A stretch of DNA of 64,000 bases from Eledone cirrhosa (Eukaryota): contig OZ024743.1 of the NCBI GenBank assembly GCA_964016885.1, positions 103,540,001 through 103,604,000 on the forward strand. The letters are read 5' to 3'. Under the pieces are notes generated by a model, which was given only the letters and a program-made list of their open reading frames with translations, was not told where the DNA came from and did not search any database. Made by a program: the position numbers and the translations under genes. This document shows positions 18,106-31,253 of the stretch, piece after piece (the first letter of the stretch is position 1; each line of letters starts with the position of its first letter).

Positions 18106-18160
18106 TGCTACTGTACGTCTGTATACATATATGTATGTACGTATACATACATACTTACAT
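17883..18160. mobile_element. Diverged fragment of the retrozyme-like family seen at 1-820
   Basis: TGAAAACGAAATTTCATTTCTCACTCTTAGTACGGC matches 83-118, and 17950-18150 matches about 210-380 (CTACTGTACGTCTGTATACATATATGTATGTACGT). No ribozyme retained. Confidence 0.6.
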
Positions 18161-18237
18161 TTATATATATATATGTATATATATATATGTATATATGTAT
18201 ATATATATATATAGGTATATATATATATGTATATATG

Positions 18238-18268
<31 letters not shown>

Positions 18269-18327
18269 TTATATATGTATATATATATGTATATATGTAT
18301 ATATATATGTATATATATATATGTGTG

Positions 18328-18376
<49 letters not shown>

Positions 18377-18405
18377 GTATATATATATATATATGTGTAT
18401 ATATG

Positions 18406-18436
<31 letters not shown>

Positions 18437-18583
18437 CAAGTAAGAATATTTTCGAAACAACGAGTGGATTTGAAATTATTAGAAATGTTAGCTATCGCCG
18501 TATTTTGACTAAAGAAATTAAAGAAATTATTTAGCCTGATAGTGGTGTTAAGAACCCTCGGAGAAATGGAAAAAGATGAGTAT

Positions 18584-18655
18584 TGACGTACATGGGAGTC
18601 GAACCCACATCTTTGGTTATCCGGACCACTGAGCTACCATTTACACCAACACATC
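18584..18655 (-). pseudogene. tRNA-like sequence (tRNA pseudogene / Pol III head)
   Basis: Acceptor GATGTGT/GTACGTC, A-box TGGTGTAAATGG, T-arm GTGGG-TTCGACT-CCCAT; anticodon loop atypical (CCGGATA). Confidence 0.55.
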
Positions 18656-18747
18656 ACCCGTTTTTCTCCATTCAAATTAGAAGCTATAAACTTAGCGACT
18701 CTAATGTCAAGTAAGAATATTTTCGAAACAGCGAGTGGATTTGAAAT

Positions 18748-18910
<163 letters not shown>

Positions 18911-19384
18911 ATATATATATATGTATTAGTAAAAGGAAAAGAAAATGCTGACAAATTTTTCCCAGTGAAAAATAGTTTAATTAGGAATAAGTAAAAATTA
19001 TTAATAAGTATTGGTTAGTATTCAGTTTTAGTTTCAAGTTGTTACCGGTTGCGCATTTCTAATGCTTTTCAAAAATAATTTTGAGATAGAGCGCCCGTGA
19101 TGTTTGCTCTAATCTGATCAGTTTTGGAAATTCTACCTGTTTTATGTGAAAAAGTGGCTCCAGAGGTACTAAGATTTGGTTGGTTGTTGAATGTCACGTG
19201 AATGAGTACTATAAGTTTCGCGCCAATTCATGTTGCAAAAATTCTTGTACTCTAAACAATTTTGATTGGTCGGTAGAGGTCACGTGAATGTTAAAAATCG
19301 ATTTTGCCCCAAATGTAGGTTTGTCGAAGAGTGTCCTTTTTCGCCTGATTGAGAAGTCACTGAAAAATAAGTCTTTTAAGAAAA

Positions 19385-19436
<52 letters not shown>

Positions 19437-19539
19437 TAAAGAGGTTCATTGTTCTGATACTTGTCAGTAGGGATGTGTGTGTGAATTGCAGTTATGTTGA
19501 AAGGTCAACAGTTCAGGCTTATAAAGGAAGGTGAACACA

Positions 19540-20200
19540 TGAACTTTTACTTGAACTTAACAAGGGGACCCGGGGGAGGGGCGGGAGTAAGCCCCTTCGA
19601 TCTATCTATTGAAGTTCACTGTATAACTTCACCTGATAACTTTTGAAGTTTACGTTCGATTTTAACTTTACAGGACACATTGGTTACCCATTGCCTAAAG
19701 ATGATGTTGAAGACACTGTCTATACCCGGAACAAGCAAGGGGACCCTCAAGGGGCAGTAATCCCCGGTGAGTCATTTATTGAATTTGGCTATTATAATGC
19801 AGCAAAGCGTCATAGCTTCGATAATTGGTAGTCCAATAAAATGAATTTCGACTTAGTTATTATTCATGTACTACAGATGAAGATACAGTGAGGCACATTT
19901 ACTTTCATTTCAATTCAGCAAGAGGACCCCCCTCGGGGACAATGAGCCCAATTCATTAACCTATAAAAGTTCAAACTGCCACAATAAAAAAACACCATAA
20001 CCTCGGGAGTTTATACTTGATTCTTAAAAAATCTAAACGAAATAGTTATTGCCTGCCATAAGATAAAACACCACACATTCACTATCACTTGAATTTTGCA
20101 AAGGAACCCCCTAGGGAGAGTCAGTGAGCCCCTTTGGACCACTTTTAAAGTTCATATTATGGTCGCAGCAAACCATTTCAACTTCTGGAAATAAAATTCA
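19540..20200. repeat. Diverged tandem repeat of about 180 bp (4 units)
   Basis: CAAG(G/A)GGA(C/A)CCC..GGG..GAGCCC motif at about 19561, 19737, 19918 and 20098. Confidence 0.55.
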
Positions 20201-22448
20201 ATATAAATGAAAGTTGACGCATCGGTTACTCATGTCCTACAAATGGAGTAGTGAATTTTTAAATCCCACTGGCTTACCTTTAGTTTGTTTCGTTAACTTT
20301 AGGATGATTGCATTTAATTTTTCACTCAGTTGTGTCCCCCGTGTAATTGCACCACAATTAAGTGTGGAATGGGGAGTTAATTTTTTTTTCCTTGAACTTT
20401 AGCGTCATTTCACATTCCTAACCAAGAAAGCGCGATTTAACCCAGGTGTAAATTTTAACGCCTACTGTTGTGCTATTTCACACTCATACCTAAACTGTGC
20501 GAATGATTGATTAGTTTTTGCACCCGGTTGTCTCCCCTGTTTAATTGCACCTCAATTAAGTGCGAAATGGTGACCTCTGGCCAACCACACATCAGTGAGT
20601 TGTGTTCAGTAGATTTCATCACACTTATTTGTATTATCTAACCAATCAGACAACTCGAGTGTTGTTCATTGGGCGAAATCATTCCTATTTATATCGGTCA
20701 AGTCCGACCTAGGATCACATTTCTTTTTTGGCTTTTGACAATAGGTAGGTTTTTTTACATGCATACTCTCATAAACCACCCCATGTTTCTGAAACGCATG
20801 CTTCTTCAACATTTGTCACCGTAATGGAGGTTTAGTTAATGTGTTTATGATCATAAGGTTCCAGTTTATCATGCTGTGATTTTTCGGCCATTTTTGTCTG
20901 TATCCTTTCAATGGTTAGTACTTAATTATTGCTATGTTCGAACTGAACAAACATACTGACACTTATGTACCTACCACTGTAGCCACACTATTTAATTTCC
21001 TTTATCACAGGTAGTCCGTACGTTGTGTTACCCCTAACTAAAAACCTGAAATTTGATTGGTACACAAAATCTTGCAAAACATACCCACTTTCTCAGACCA
21101 CATAGATTTATCACATTTTTTCACAACTTATATCCGTGTTTAGATTTGCTTACTTAAACGTTATTTGTCCATTATTTATCGTTCTCCCTGGTTAATTTTC
21201 TAAAAACAATGCCCTCAAGAAAAGAACATTCATTGGTCAATTATCTAATGATGCAAGTAGGTCTAAGCGAAGGCGTCTCACCAAAGATGTAAATGCGACT
21301 GCGATTAGGCTCTCACAGAATGCTGTGCAGACGGCAGCTGCAAGAGCGGAGGAGGATGACAGTCGGCGTGAACTTCGACGGAACAAAGATGCTGCCGCGA
21401 CTGCTGCTGCTCGCGCTCGAGAGGATGAAAGACGACGTGCCGTTCGACGAAGCAGGGACGCTGCTGCAACAGCCGCTGCTCGGACTCGAGAGGATGAAGG
21501 ACGACGCGCAGTTCGATGAAGCAGGGACGCCGCTGCCATTGCTGCTGCAGGAAATACTGAAACCATAGAGCAACGACGTGGCCGACTTCTGCAAAGTGAA
21601 CAGCGGCGATCATCGTTACGTGGCATTTCTAGGACTTGCAATTCACGATGGTTGTTGAAGGCCTTTAACTACGATCCCTCCTCAGACTACGCTGTGCTTG
21701 CCTGGAAATCTTGGCTATGGCTGATCCGGACGAAGTTGTTAATTACCCCCACAGAATTTCTTAACTCCCTAGACCCTACCGGATTGCCACCACACTTATT
21801 GCGACTTAAGAAAGGTGCCCTGTCATGATACTTCTCAGGAATTTGGAACCTCGAAAGCTTTCCAACAGCACGCGTCTGATCGTCCAAAAAGCGATGCCTC
21901 ATGTTATTGAGGCAACAATACTTACAGGATGTGATAAGGCGGGATACTGTCTTCATACCAAGGATACCTCTCATTCCATCCGGTAAAGACATTCCTTTAG
22001 CAGTATTAGTTGTAGATGTTATCGAGATGCAAGTGACATAATAACAGCAGAAATTAGAGATGAAATAGACGTTTATTTTTTGTTGTAGCACAAACAATGG
22101 TGTTGTACAGAGGCTGGTATCTGGCGTGTGATCCGTCGGCTTTCCAGTGGCTGTCTGTCTTTTCTTTCTGGCGTTCTCAACCGGCGTTGTTCTATCAAGG
22201 AGCGTGAGGCGTCTTACTACAGTACCTCGAGCCAGATTTTCAAACTATTGAAAATCGATGTCATTACTCACATGTGGAGTAAGATGGCGAACAATGCAAC
22301 AAGGGGGAGCTATCCGCTCTAGCAAAAATTGAATCCAGAATAAGGATTTGAAAAATGTTAAAAAAAAAACGACATGCATGCATAAAAAAAAACAAGGCAA
22401 AGGAAAAGCAGAAACACAGAGGCAAAGAAAAGGTGCAGCTAACATAGT

Positions 22449-25400
22449 CTAAATATAGACGGTGCTGCACAGTTTTTTGGGCCAGTGGACCCTACGACCT
22501 GAACGGGTCGTGGTCTTGTAACGTGGCGATGGTGGTGGTGTAGGGACAGGTGATGATGGTGGATCAGGAACAGTCGTTCGCTCAACAGGCAAATACGAAG
22601 GGGTTCGTGGATCAGGAACCACAGCGTCCGTATCAAGGTGCGCCTGCTTAAGCCTGTCTAATGTAACTGTCACCCTGGACCCCTTAATATCTAACGTGAA
22701 ATGCTTAGCCGAGCGCGCTAAGACACGGTAAGGTCCAGTGTAAGGCTGTGTGTGAGCGGGGGCTTCACCGTATCATTCCTTACAAAGACATGCGTCCACG
22801 AGGCAATATCCCTCGGGACAGCAGTCTTGACAGTTTGTTTCCTAGTGTCCATTGGCGGTAAATCCTGGAAATAGGAGCGCAAACGGGACACGTAGGAAGC
22901 GTGATCTTGGGCATCAAGATCGATAGGGGCAAGCATTTGCCCGGGCAACGTCAGAGGGGCACCGTACAGTACTTCGGCCGGTGAAAATCCAAAGTCGACC
23001 TTCACCGTTGACCGAATCCCTAGTAGCACAATAGGGAGGTACTCGCTCCAATGCGCCGAGTCCATTAAGGAGGCCTTCAGTTGGCGGTGAAAACGCTCCA
23101 CCATACCATTCGAAGCGGGATGGTATGCCGTAGTTCGAATGCGTTTAGCACCAATTATTTTTGACAGCTCGAGGAAAAGGCTCGACTCGAACTGTCGTCC
23201 ACGGTCGGTAGTTATTGTGGATGGAACTCCATAACGAGAGATCCATCCAGACACAAGAGCACGTGCTGTTGTCTCCGCGGTGATGTTTTTCAAGGGGATG
23301 ACCTCAGGCCATCTCGAAAAACGGTCAATGACGGTAAGCAGATAAGAAAAACCATCGCTGACAGGCCAAGGTCCCACTATGTCAATATCAATATGCGAAA
23401 AACGCGCATCTGGGTTAGCAAAGGTACCCAGGGGAGTTTTGACGTGTCGATGGACCTTTGATTTCTGGCAAGCGACGCAGGAACGGCACCAAGCAGCAAT
23501 TTCACGCCTCATATTTGGCCAGAAAAATCTAGCTGATATGAGCTTTGCTGTGGCAGAAGATCCTGGATGCGAGATACAATGTAATCCCAGAAACACAGTC
23601 CGAAAATGATTCTCTGGAACGAAGGGCCTAGGCACGTCCAAAGAGACGTCGCAGAGAATTTGGCCAACTGCAGTCGACAGAGGCAAGTATTTCATCTCGC
23701 AATTCGCAAACTCGGGCGATGTGACATCCATTGACTCAAGGGGAGGCTGATCCGCAGCCAAACGAGTCAGATCTATGTCAGAGGGTGACGAGATCGCTGT
23801 CACGGGTAAGCATCGGCCGCTGTATTTAGTGAACCCGGAATGTGCTGGATATCACTCGTATATTGCGAGATGAAATCAAGGTGTCTCGTCTCTCTGGGCG
23901 AGTATTTATCAGCCTTCGCTCTCAAAGCAAAAGTCAATGGTTTATGGTCAGTGAGGATAGTAAACTGTCTACCCTCTAGCACATGTGAAAAATGTTTCAC
24001 GGCCAAAAAGATGGCTAAAAGCTCTCTTCCAAAGGTGCTGTAGCGCGTCTCAGCAGGATTTAGCTTTTTGGAAAAAAAACTCCAGCGGTTGCTGGTAACC
24101 ATTGATGTTTTGCTGTAGTACTGCGCCCACAGCGATATCCGATGCATCAACACAAAGCGTTAGCCTTGCACCGGGTACCGGGTGAGTCAGTAACGAAGCA
24201 TTAGCCAAAGCAGTTTTGGCGTGCTGAAAATCAGCAAGTTGAGTGTCTGTCAAAGAAATATCTTTGTTCTTCCTCCGACAATTTTTCAAAATTTCTGTCA
24301 GGGAGAAAAGCAACTTGGCACAATTTGGCACGAAACGCCTATAAAAGTTAACCAGACCTAAGAACTGGCGTAACTGACGTAGTGAGGTCGGTGGAGGCAA
24401 ATCCTCTATGACCTTAACTCGCTCAGGCCGGGGTCGAATTCCGTCAGCATCGATGACGTGACCCAAGAAAGTCAGTGACTCAGCGCCAAAAACACATTTG
24501 GGTGCATTAAGCTGCACGTTATACGCCTTCAATCGGCGGAAAAGAAGATTCAAATGGTGCGTATGCTGCTCTGGAGAAGAACTAGCAATGAGCAGATCGT
24601 CAATATAGGTATAGACGAAATCGAGGCCGCGAGTAACCTCATCCATAAACCGCTGAAAAGTACTAGCGGCATTCCTTAATCCGAACGGCATAGTCAAAAA
24701 CTCGAAAGACCCAAATGGCGTAACTATAGCCGTTTTTGGAATGTCACTTTTATGGACAGGAATTTGATGGTACGCACGAATTAAATCCAGTTTGGAGAAT
24801 ATCTTGCATCCCTGCAACGAAGACGCAAAGTCTTGCAGATGAGGGATAGGATAACGGTCCGGTACCGTTATCGAATTCAGGCGTCGATAATCTCCAGTAG
24901 GTCTCCAATCGCCATTCGCTTTCGGTACCATGTGCAATGGGGACGCCCACGGGCTCGTGGACGGACGAATAATCCCCATTTGCAGCATAGGATCAAACTC
25001 TGATCGTGCTGCTTTGAGTTTGTCCGGAGGCAAGCGACGAGGGCGAGAGAAAACGGGAGCACCAGTTGTAGATATGAAGTGCTCCGTGGTATGAGTAGGT
25101 TCATCAAATCGAAAATTCCCCTGTGTCAGTTGCGGGAACGAGTTCAACAACGCATGGAAAGGATCACCGGTGTTAGCAAGAAAAAATATCGGGCTAACCG
25201 TTGGAACTCCTGCTGCCTTGCCAACAACAGCTAATCCCGTGATGCCATCAATTAGGCGTTTACCACGAAGGTCCACCGTCAATGAAAAATGGTGGAGAAA
25301 ATCCGCGCCTAGAATCGGATACGGCAAGGCAGCGACAGTAAATATCCATTTAAACTCGCGCCGCAGATTACGAAACTGCAAAGGTAACGAGATTTGTCCG

Positions 25401-25627
25401 AAAGTTCGAATCGGCGAACAATTTACTGCCTGCAACTCAATAGGCGTCTCAGGGGGAGTCTCCTTCATACAACACACAGGCCATACGGAACAAGCTGCAC
25501 CTGTGTCAACCAGAAAAGCTCTACCTGACAGCAGGTCCTCAATGAAAAAGTGGCGGTTAGATGTTGTTTCGCAGAGCGCACTATCCGCCGTTAGTGACTC
25601 TGGTCGTCTTTTCCCTCGTAAGCACAA
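22449..25627 (-). CDS. pol: Gypsy pol (protease, RT, RNase H, integrase), broken by frameshifts
   Basis: LVDTGA; [10 protein letters not shown]; DYRRLN; YIDDLL; DAS..VGA; RELLA; TDHKPL; HPG..C..CQ; IDRFSRW; TDRGRQFES; [11 protein letters not shown]. Confidence 0.93.
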
Positions 25628-26371
25628 GGAGGCCTACAACGGGCGGCTTTTTTACCATATCTTTCACGGTAATAACAATATGTTGTTCCTGGTGTGTTGG
25701 AAGGGCTACGGTGGCGAGAAGTTGAATAACGTCGTGAGCGGCTCCCCTGCCGTCCAAAGGACCTGAATTCCGTGCACAACTCCGCCACTTGACGAGTCAT
25801 GGCTTCCATAGTGGTGATTAATTTGTCATTAGACGCTGACGAGCGTGATTGAGGAAGAGAAGAGGAAGCAACGTACTTTGGCTTCGAAGTGTCTCTCTTC
25901 GTCACCTCTACAATTTTGTCAGCAGAGACAGCAATGTGATCCAGGGTATTCACCTCTAGCATATGGGCTAGGATCGCCTGTACCTCTTGAGGTAGGCGAG
26001 AGAAGAACAATTGCTTCAGGAAAGGGCTATCCTGATCTTGGGAATCGCTCAAATCCCGCAAATGCCGGAGAAAAGCGGTAGGGGTCCTGTCACCTAATCG
26101 TTCGTCCTCGATCAGTGACCGAAAACGACTCTCTACCGACTTACAATTCCTCCTCAAAATCTCGCCCTTCAAAAACTCATACGTCAAGTCAGAGGGGGGG
26201 GGGGTCTGTAATTAGGTCTTGGACCGAATCTGCTAGATTAGGGGGAAGGCCGCTAATCAGTACAGCGAGGCGCTGGTCAGATTCGGTCTTACAGACCGTA
26301 AAATACGCCTGTAACTGGGCAAACCACATCTTAGGTTTTCCAGTAAAGGCGGGCAAATGTGGTACATTCAT
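25591..26371 (-). CDS. gag: Gypsy gag (frameshift at a G homopolymer near 26190)
   Basis: P.F...PKMWFAQ; LGDRTPT.FLR.LR; LF..RLP..VQ.IL; CYYR.RYG.KA.RC.PPC knuckle. Confidence 0.85.
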
Positions 26372-28094
26372 GTCAACTTTTAAAATTAAAACAAATATAT
26401 ATACCTATATATCGAAAGAGCAATTAATGCACCCTTGTACAGTGAAAAGAGAACAGCCAATATTGAGAAAAAGTTAAAGGGCAAAAAGAAACAGACATTC
26501 AAAACATAAGGAAATATGCAAAATACATAAAATACAGATATATATCTTTAAAAAAAAATTTTTCCTTCAACGTCTGTCCCCTCGCGTTGCCTCAACGAAC
26601 CAGCCAAATCAAATAAGGTAAAAAAAAAAAGGAAGAAAAAAAATGTTTTTTTTTTTAAAAATATATCCGCGTTGGATATCAACAAAGGTAGCCAGTGGCT
26701 AAAAATCCCTTAGAAAAATGTAAGGCATGCATATCCCCATGCGGGGCAGTTATGTTCACAAAAAAAAGTTTAGTCTCTTCTCTCTTGATCAGTCATGGAA
26801 CACACACGCAATTCAAAATATGTGTCCGTTACAAAACTGGGAAGGAACGCAACGCCACCTTGGAAAAATACACTTTTTTTTTTTTTCTTCTGTAAGTTGC
26901 GAAAAAGTTGGCAACGGAAATGGAATATGCAAGTGAATAAAAAAAAAGTCGCTCTAAATTATCGACACGAATGAATCGTTTTGATATTTCCGATGTGTGG
27001 TGGTTTGCGTCGGTAAGGCTATGAAGCTGCCACTCACTATTCCCTGTTTTGGTCAGTGGTTAAACAATGTTGTCGCTGATGCTGCTGTCGTTGTTGTTCT
27101 CGAGTGTAGCAAAAAGTTTATGAAATACTACTAATTTTTCGATAATTTTAAAAGGATTATTTTTTATTTTCGCAAGATGCGAAAAAAAGGGCCGACAATG
27201 TGGCAATAAAAGGACAATTGATGAAAAAGAAGGGCTGCGTTAAATTCTTACGTCGGTCACCACTTTAGCAGTATTAGTTGTAGATGTTATCGAGATGCAA
27301 GTGACATAATAACAGCAGAAATTGGAGGTGAAATAGACGTTTATTTTTTGTTGTAGCACAAACAATGGTGTTGTACAGAGGCTGGTATCTGGCGTGTGAT
27401 CCGTCGGCTTTCCAGTGGCTGTCTGTCTTTTCTTTCTGGCGTTCTCAACCGGCGTTGTTCTATCAAGGAGCGTGAGGCGTCTTACTACATTCCTTTCACA
27501 TTCAGAAGGCTGAAATTCCCTCTCCGGCTCAGTTTCGCCATGTCGATTAACAAATCACAGGGTCAGACGCTGACGGTCGTAGGGCTTAATTTAGAATAAC
27601 CGTGCTTCTCCCATGGTCAACTATATGTTGGCTGCTCTCGAGTGGGGAGCCGACATAACCTATTTGCTTTTGCAACTCGCGAGAAAACCCAAAATATAGT
27701 CTATAAGGAAGTTTTGTAGGCACCCCATCCGCCAACAAGTAATCGCTGTTCTTTTCTTGTATAAGTGCTTACATTTGCTGTATCCGTGTGCTATTTTTGT
27801 CCTTTTGACAATACCACGTACGCCTCTGAGGTTGCTTTTGCTATACGTTATAAATGTTCAATCTCTCCATTTTCCGCATTTATATGTTGCTATTACGCTT
27901 TGCTATCGATGTTCCGTAGTTTTACCCTAATTAATCTACTTTTCCCTACATCTTATTTACACATTTTTTTTACATTCTAGCGTAATCTTTCCAAGGCCGT
28001 TTTTGTGGCCCCCGACTGTTACATGTTTTTCTAGATTACAATCTCAAATAACAAGCAAAGCAAATACGACACACCAAAGTGGTGTGAAGGACTT

Positions 28095-28492
28095 TTTAAG
28101 GGCCACCACCTCTAATCGGAGTCCTCTTTGCTGACAGCTCTGCCGCTGGGACTTTTAAGATTGAAGGATCCAAGGCCTTCTTCGGGGCTACCAAGTTTAA
28201 ATTGTTACCATCGGATTCATCTTTGCTGGCAGCACCGCCGCTGAGATATTTCAAAGTGAACGTTCAAAGGTCCTCTTCAGGGCCACCAACCATAAATTGT
28301 TATCGCTGGATTCGTCTTTGCTGGCAGCACCGCCGCTGAGACTTTTAAAAGTGAACGATCCAAGGCTCTCTTTAAGGCCACCAACTTTAAATTGTTACCA
28401 TCGGATTCGTCTTTGCTGGCAGCACCGCCGCAGAGATATGTCAAAGTGAACGTTCAAAGGCCCTCTTTAGGGCAAACCCCTATAAATTGTTA
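28095..28492. repeat. Tandem repeat of about 95 bp (4+ units, alternating) in the Helitron 3' region
   Basis: TCTTTGCTG at about 28125, 28221, 28315 and 28410. Confidence 0.8.
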
Positions 28493-28916
28493 CTTCTATA
28501 GTCGTGTTTAACGTAAGTCTTTCGGTTCATTTGAACGACTACTCCATTGAGAGTTATACCGGGCAACGCCGGGTACCTCTGCTAGTTTACTGATAATAGA
28601 TTCTACCGGATATATATATCCACTAGACATACTGTGGCCTTTCATTGATAATTGTTATTGTTGCGATGAAGTTTCCCACTTCACCAGTTAATTCCACTTA
28701 TCATTCAATTGCTTTTTGTTGTTGTTTTAACGTATTTTTTGTGTTAACTATGTGAAGAGGCAACTAAAGAGATAGAGGAGTTGTATGGGCACTGAGGTAA
28801 CATACAATGGTAGGTTGAAAGATTCGGAGGCTGGCTGATTATGAAGGAGTGGCGCAAGCGTTGTGAATTAATTAATTTCAAGTCTTCTTATTAATAACTA
28901 CATTGTTTCTTTCCAG

Positions 28917-29030
28917 GAACTATGTTGAAAAATAAACCTCATTTTGTCATTCCACGAGAGTATCATGATCAGCCTATGAACAGCTCAGCCGACATTCGTG
29001 CAGCGTTTCCTGGGCATTTTTTAAAACATG
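28917..29030 (+). CDS. Candidate host-gene exon (unidentified protein)
   Basis: Strong acceptor TTTCTTTCCAG; open phase-1/1 frame TMLKNKPHFVIPREYHDQPMNSSADIRAAFPGHFLKH; GT donor; non-repetitive. Confidence 0.4.
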
Positions 29031-29298
29031 GTCAAGTCTATCTACTCTGCAGGCCTGAACACAGATGATATCTTCCAGCTAAGGAGAGAAAAAATGTGAC
29101 AGGGAGGAAATGAAAAAAAGTAGAGAGGTGGGATATCGGCGCCAGTACTGCACTGGGATTTGAACTCAGATTTGAACGAATAGTGCAAAGGATTCTATTC
29201 AACATTCAAGCGATTCTTCCAATTCGATGGCTTCTACGAGAGTTAGAAACATGTTATTTACCTTACACTTGTAATAGTTCTTTGTATTATTGTATGTA

Positions 29299-30614
29299 CG
29301 GTGTTTGTCCCAAAAATGAAGGGACTAATTTTCCTATGTACGACATGGTAGCGTAGCACCTTGTTGATGTATATATGCGTGTTGGTTATGGCTGTTTTTG
29401 GTTGAACGTACATATTTCTTTCAACATAATCGATCGAGTCAGTCGCCAATTATTGTTTTTTTTATGTACAGATGTGTTTATAACTTCTGTTACGTTTGCG
29501 ATCCAGAAAAATATCGAACAACGGTATGCGATCAAATTTTATGCCTGCCACCGAAACATAGATCTTTTTAACAGAACCTTATGGAGATGCCATTTTATCG
29601 AGAAATATGTTTTTTTATGCGGCACAAACCTTTCAAAGAAGGCCTTAGAAAATGCTGAAGACGTACCTCGTTCTGGAGGGCCAATCTTATCAACAAATGA
29701 ACAAAATGTGGAAGTGGTTCGAAGGGTGATGGTGAAAGATTGCCGATTAAGTCTTCGGATGAGTGCAAAAGAAACGGGCTTCGATAAAAATGCAGTTCAC
29801 AGAATTTTATCCGACCATTTACACATGCAAAAAATTTGTACAAAACTAGTGCCCAAACATTTGTCTGTGGAGCGAAAAGCAAACCGGTTAGACATTTGTC
29901 TGGATTTGCTAGAAAGTTGCGAAATCGAGTCAAATTTCTTGGATAAAGTAATAACAGGTAATGAATCATGGGTGGTCAAGTGTGATCCAGAGACAAACCA
30001 ACAAAGTGAGGAGTGGCACACGGAAAAATACTCTTCGTTCGAAGAAAACATGCATTAACAAATCCAGGGTGAAATCTATGATTATCACTTTTTTCCGACA
30101 GTGGTTGTATTGTTCAGAAACAATTTTTACATCCAGCACAGGCAGTTAATCATCCCTTCTAGAAATATGTCTTGTAACGACTTCAAAAATGGGTCCAGCG
30201 AGTTTGAAAGGACATTGTATGAGATTGGGTACAGCACTGCGACAACATGCCTGTTCACACAACACTTTCAGTTAGAGAATTTCTGGCAAACAAAAAAACA
30301 TTCTCTTTCTTCCACACCCTCACTACAGCCCAGATATAGCTACGTGTAATTTCTACATCTTCTGTCAGTTGAAATCGAAGTTGAAGAGTCATCAATTTGA
30401 GGACTGCAGAAAAGATACAAGAAATTGTAACCGACTAGCTAAGGACACTCACAGAAAATGACTTCCGGTACTGTTATGATCAATGGAAAAAACGTTGGAG
30501 CTATTGTGAAAGTTCTCAATGGTCGTATTTTGATGCAGATATCTTGTAATTTCATGCACGTCTCATACAGATTTAAATAAAACATCAATATCCTTAGTTT
30601 TGGGATAAAACTCG
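29299..30614 (+). mobile_element. Mariner transposon (about 1.3 kb), degenerate transposase
   Basis: TA flanks, imperfect TIRs (CGGTGTTTGTCCCAAAAA / TTTTGGGATAAAACTCG), motifs EQRYAIKF, LVPK.L, ITGNESW, PH.YSPD. Confidence 0.9.
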
Positions 30615-30704
30615 TATGTATGTATTATATATGTGTACATGTATGTGAGTGTATGTATTATTGTATGCGTGTATGTATGTGAGTGTATGAATTATTGTAT
30701 GTTA

Positions 30705-31160
30705 TGTCAGGTCGCTTTTCAGCGCTACTGGTAACTTGTAACCAAATACAACCTGTGCATGGTCAGGTCGTCGGTGACTAAACCTGCAAACCCACCAAGC
30801 TTGCTTGGTGAGGAGGGTGGTTTGGACACCCTGCGGGATGAAAAACAATACCCGCCAGAGGGCAGAGGATCTCAGGAGTGTCAACGGCCATCCAATAAAG
30901 ATTTTTGTTTGTTTTTTTGTGGAGCGAAAGACTTCTAGTTTTCATTAAGACATCTCTCTAGGAGAAGGTCACTCTGATATAAAACCTGCGATTTCGTTTG
31001 CATGAATCATGTAGACCAGTTATGCTTTTTGAGGAAATGCATTCAATGTTTAGAGAGTGGGATTGGCCCTGTGCTAAGCCTTTCCTCACTTAAAAAAGCT
31101 TCAAGCATAGGCATCGCTTGATATGTAACATATTTTTGGTGATGCATGATATTGCTAGCC
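30705..31160 (+). mobile_element. RTE-related SINE-like element (older copy)
   Basis: Homologous to the reverse complement of 834-1360. Confidence 0.6.
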
Positions 31161-31253
31161 ATAGGCAAGTCCCTATCAGGACTAAAAAGCCACGTCCGTG
31201 ATGCCCAAGCTTAAGTATCTGGCGATGGCATTACTCGAAATCGAGTTGCAGAA

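Larger units (their letters stand above)
21996..27489 (-). mobile_element. Ty3/Gypsy LTR retrotransposon, full length, inserted in the Helitron helicase
   Basis: 226-bp LTRs at 21996-22221 and 27264-27489 (2 mismatches seen); 4-bp TSD TTCC; PBS TGGTGACC-GACGT (tRNA-Trp-like); gag then PR-RT-RH-IN order. Confidence 0.95.
21209..28585 (+). mobile_element. Internally deleted Helitron (RepHel N-terminus fused to PIF1 helicase C-terminus); 5' boundary unresolved
   Basis: Arg/Ala-rich repeats plus AFNYDP..DY (21209-21700). YPTEFLNSL..GLPPHLL.LK.G..RIPLIP (21744-21995) continues after the LTR element as PFTFRRLKFPLRLSFAMSINKSQGQTL..FSHGQLYVGCSRV..NIVYKEVL* (27490-27719). 3' hairpin CCGGGCAACGCCGG followed by CTAG|T at 28582-28586. 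Confidence 0.9.

Noticed and set aside
18584-18655. Functional tRNA gene
   Set aside because: Weak D and anticodon stems, no U33, several G-U pairs in the acceptor stem; treated as tRNA-derived.
28095-28492. CRISPR-like repeat array
   Set aside because: The 'spacers' are homologous to each other, the context is eukaryotic and there are no cas genes; it is a Helitron minisatellite.
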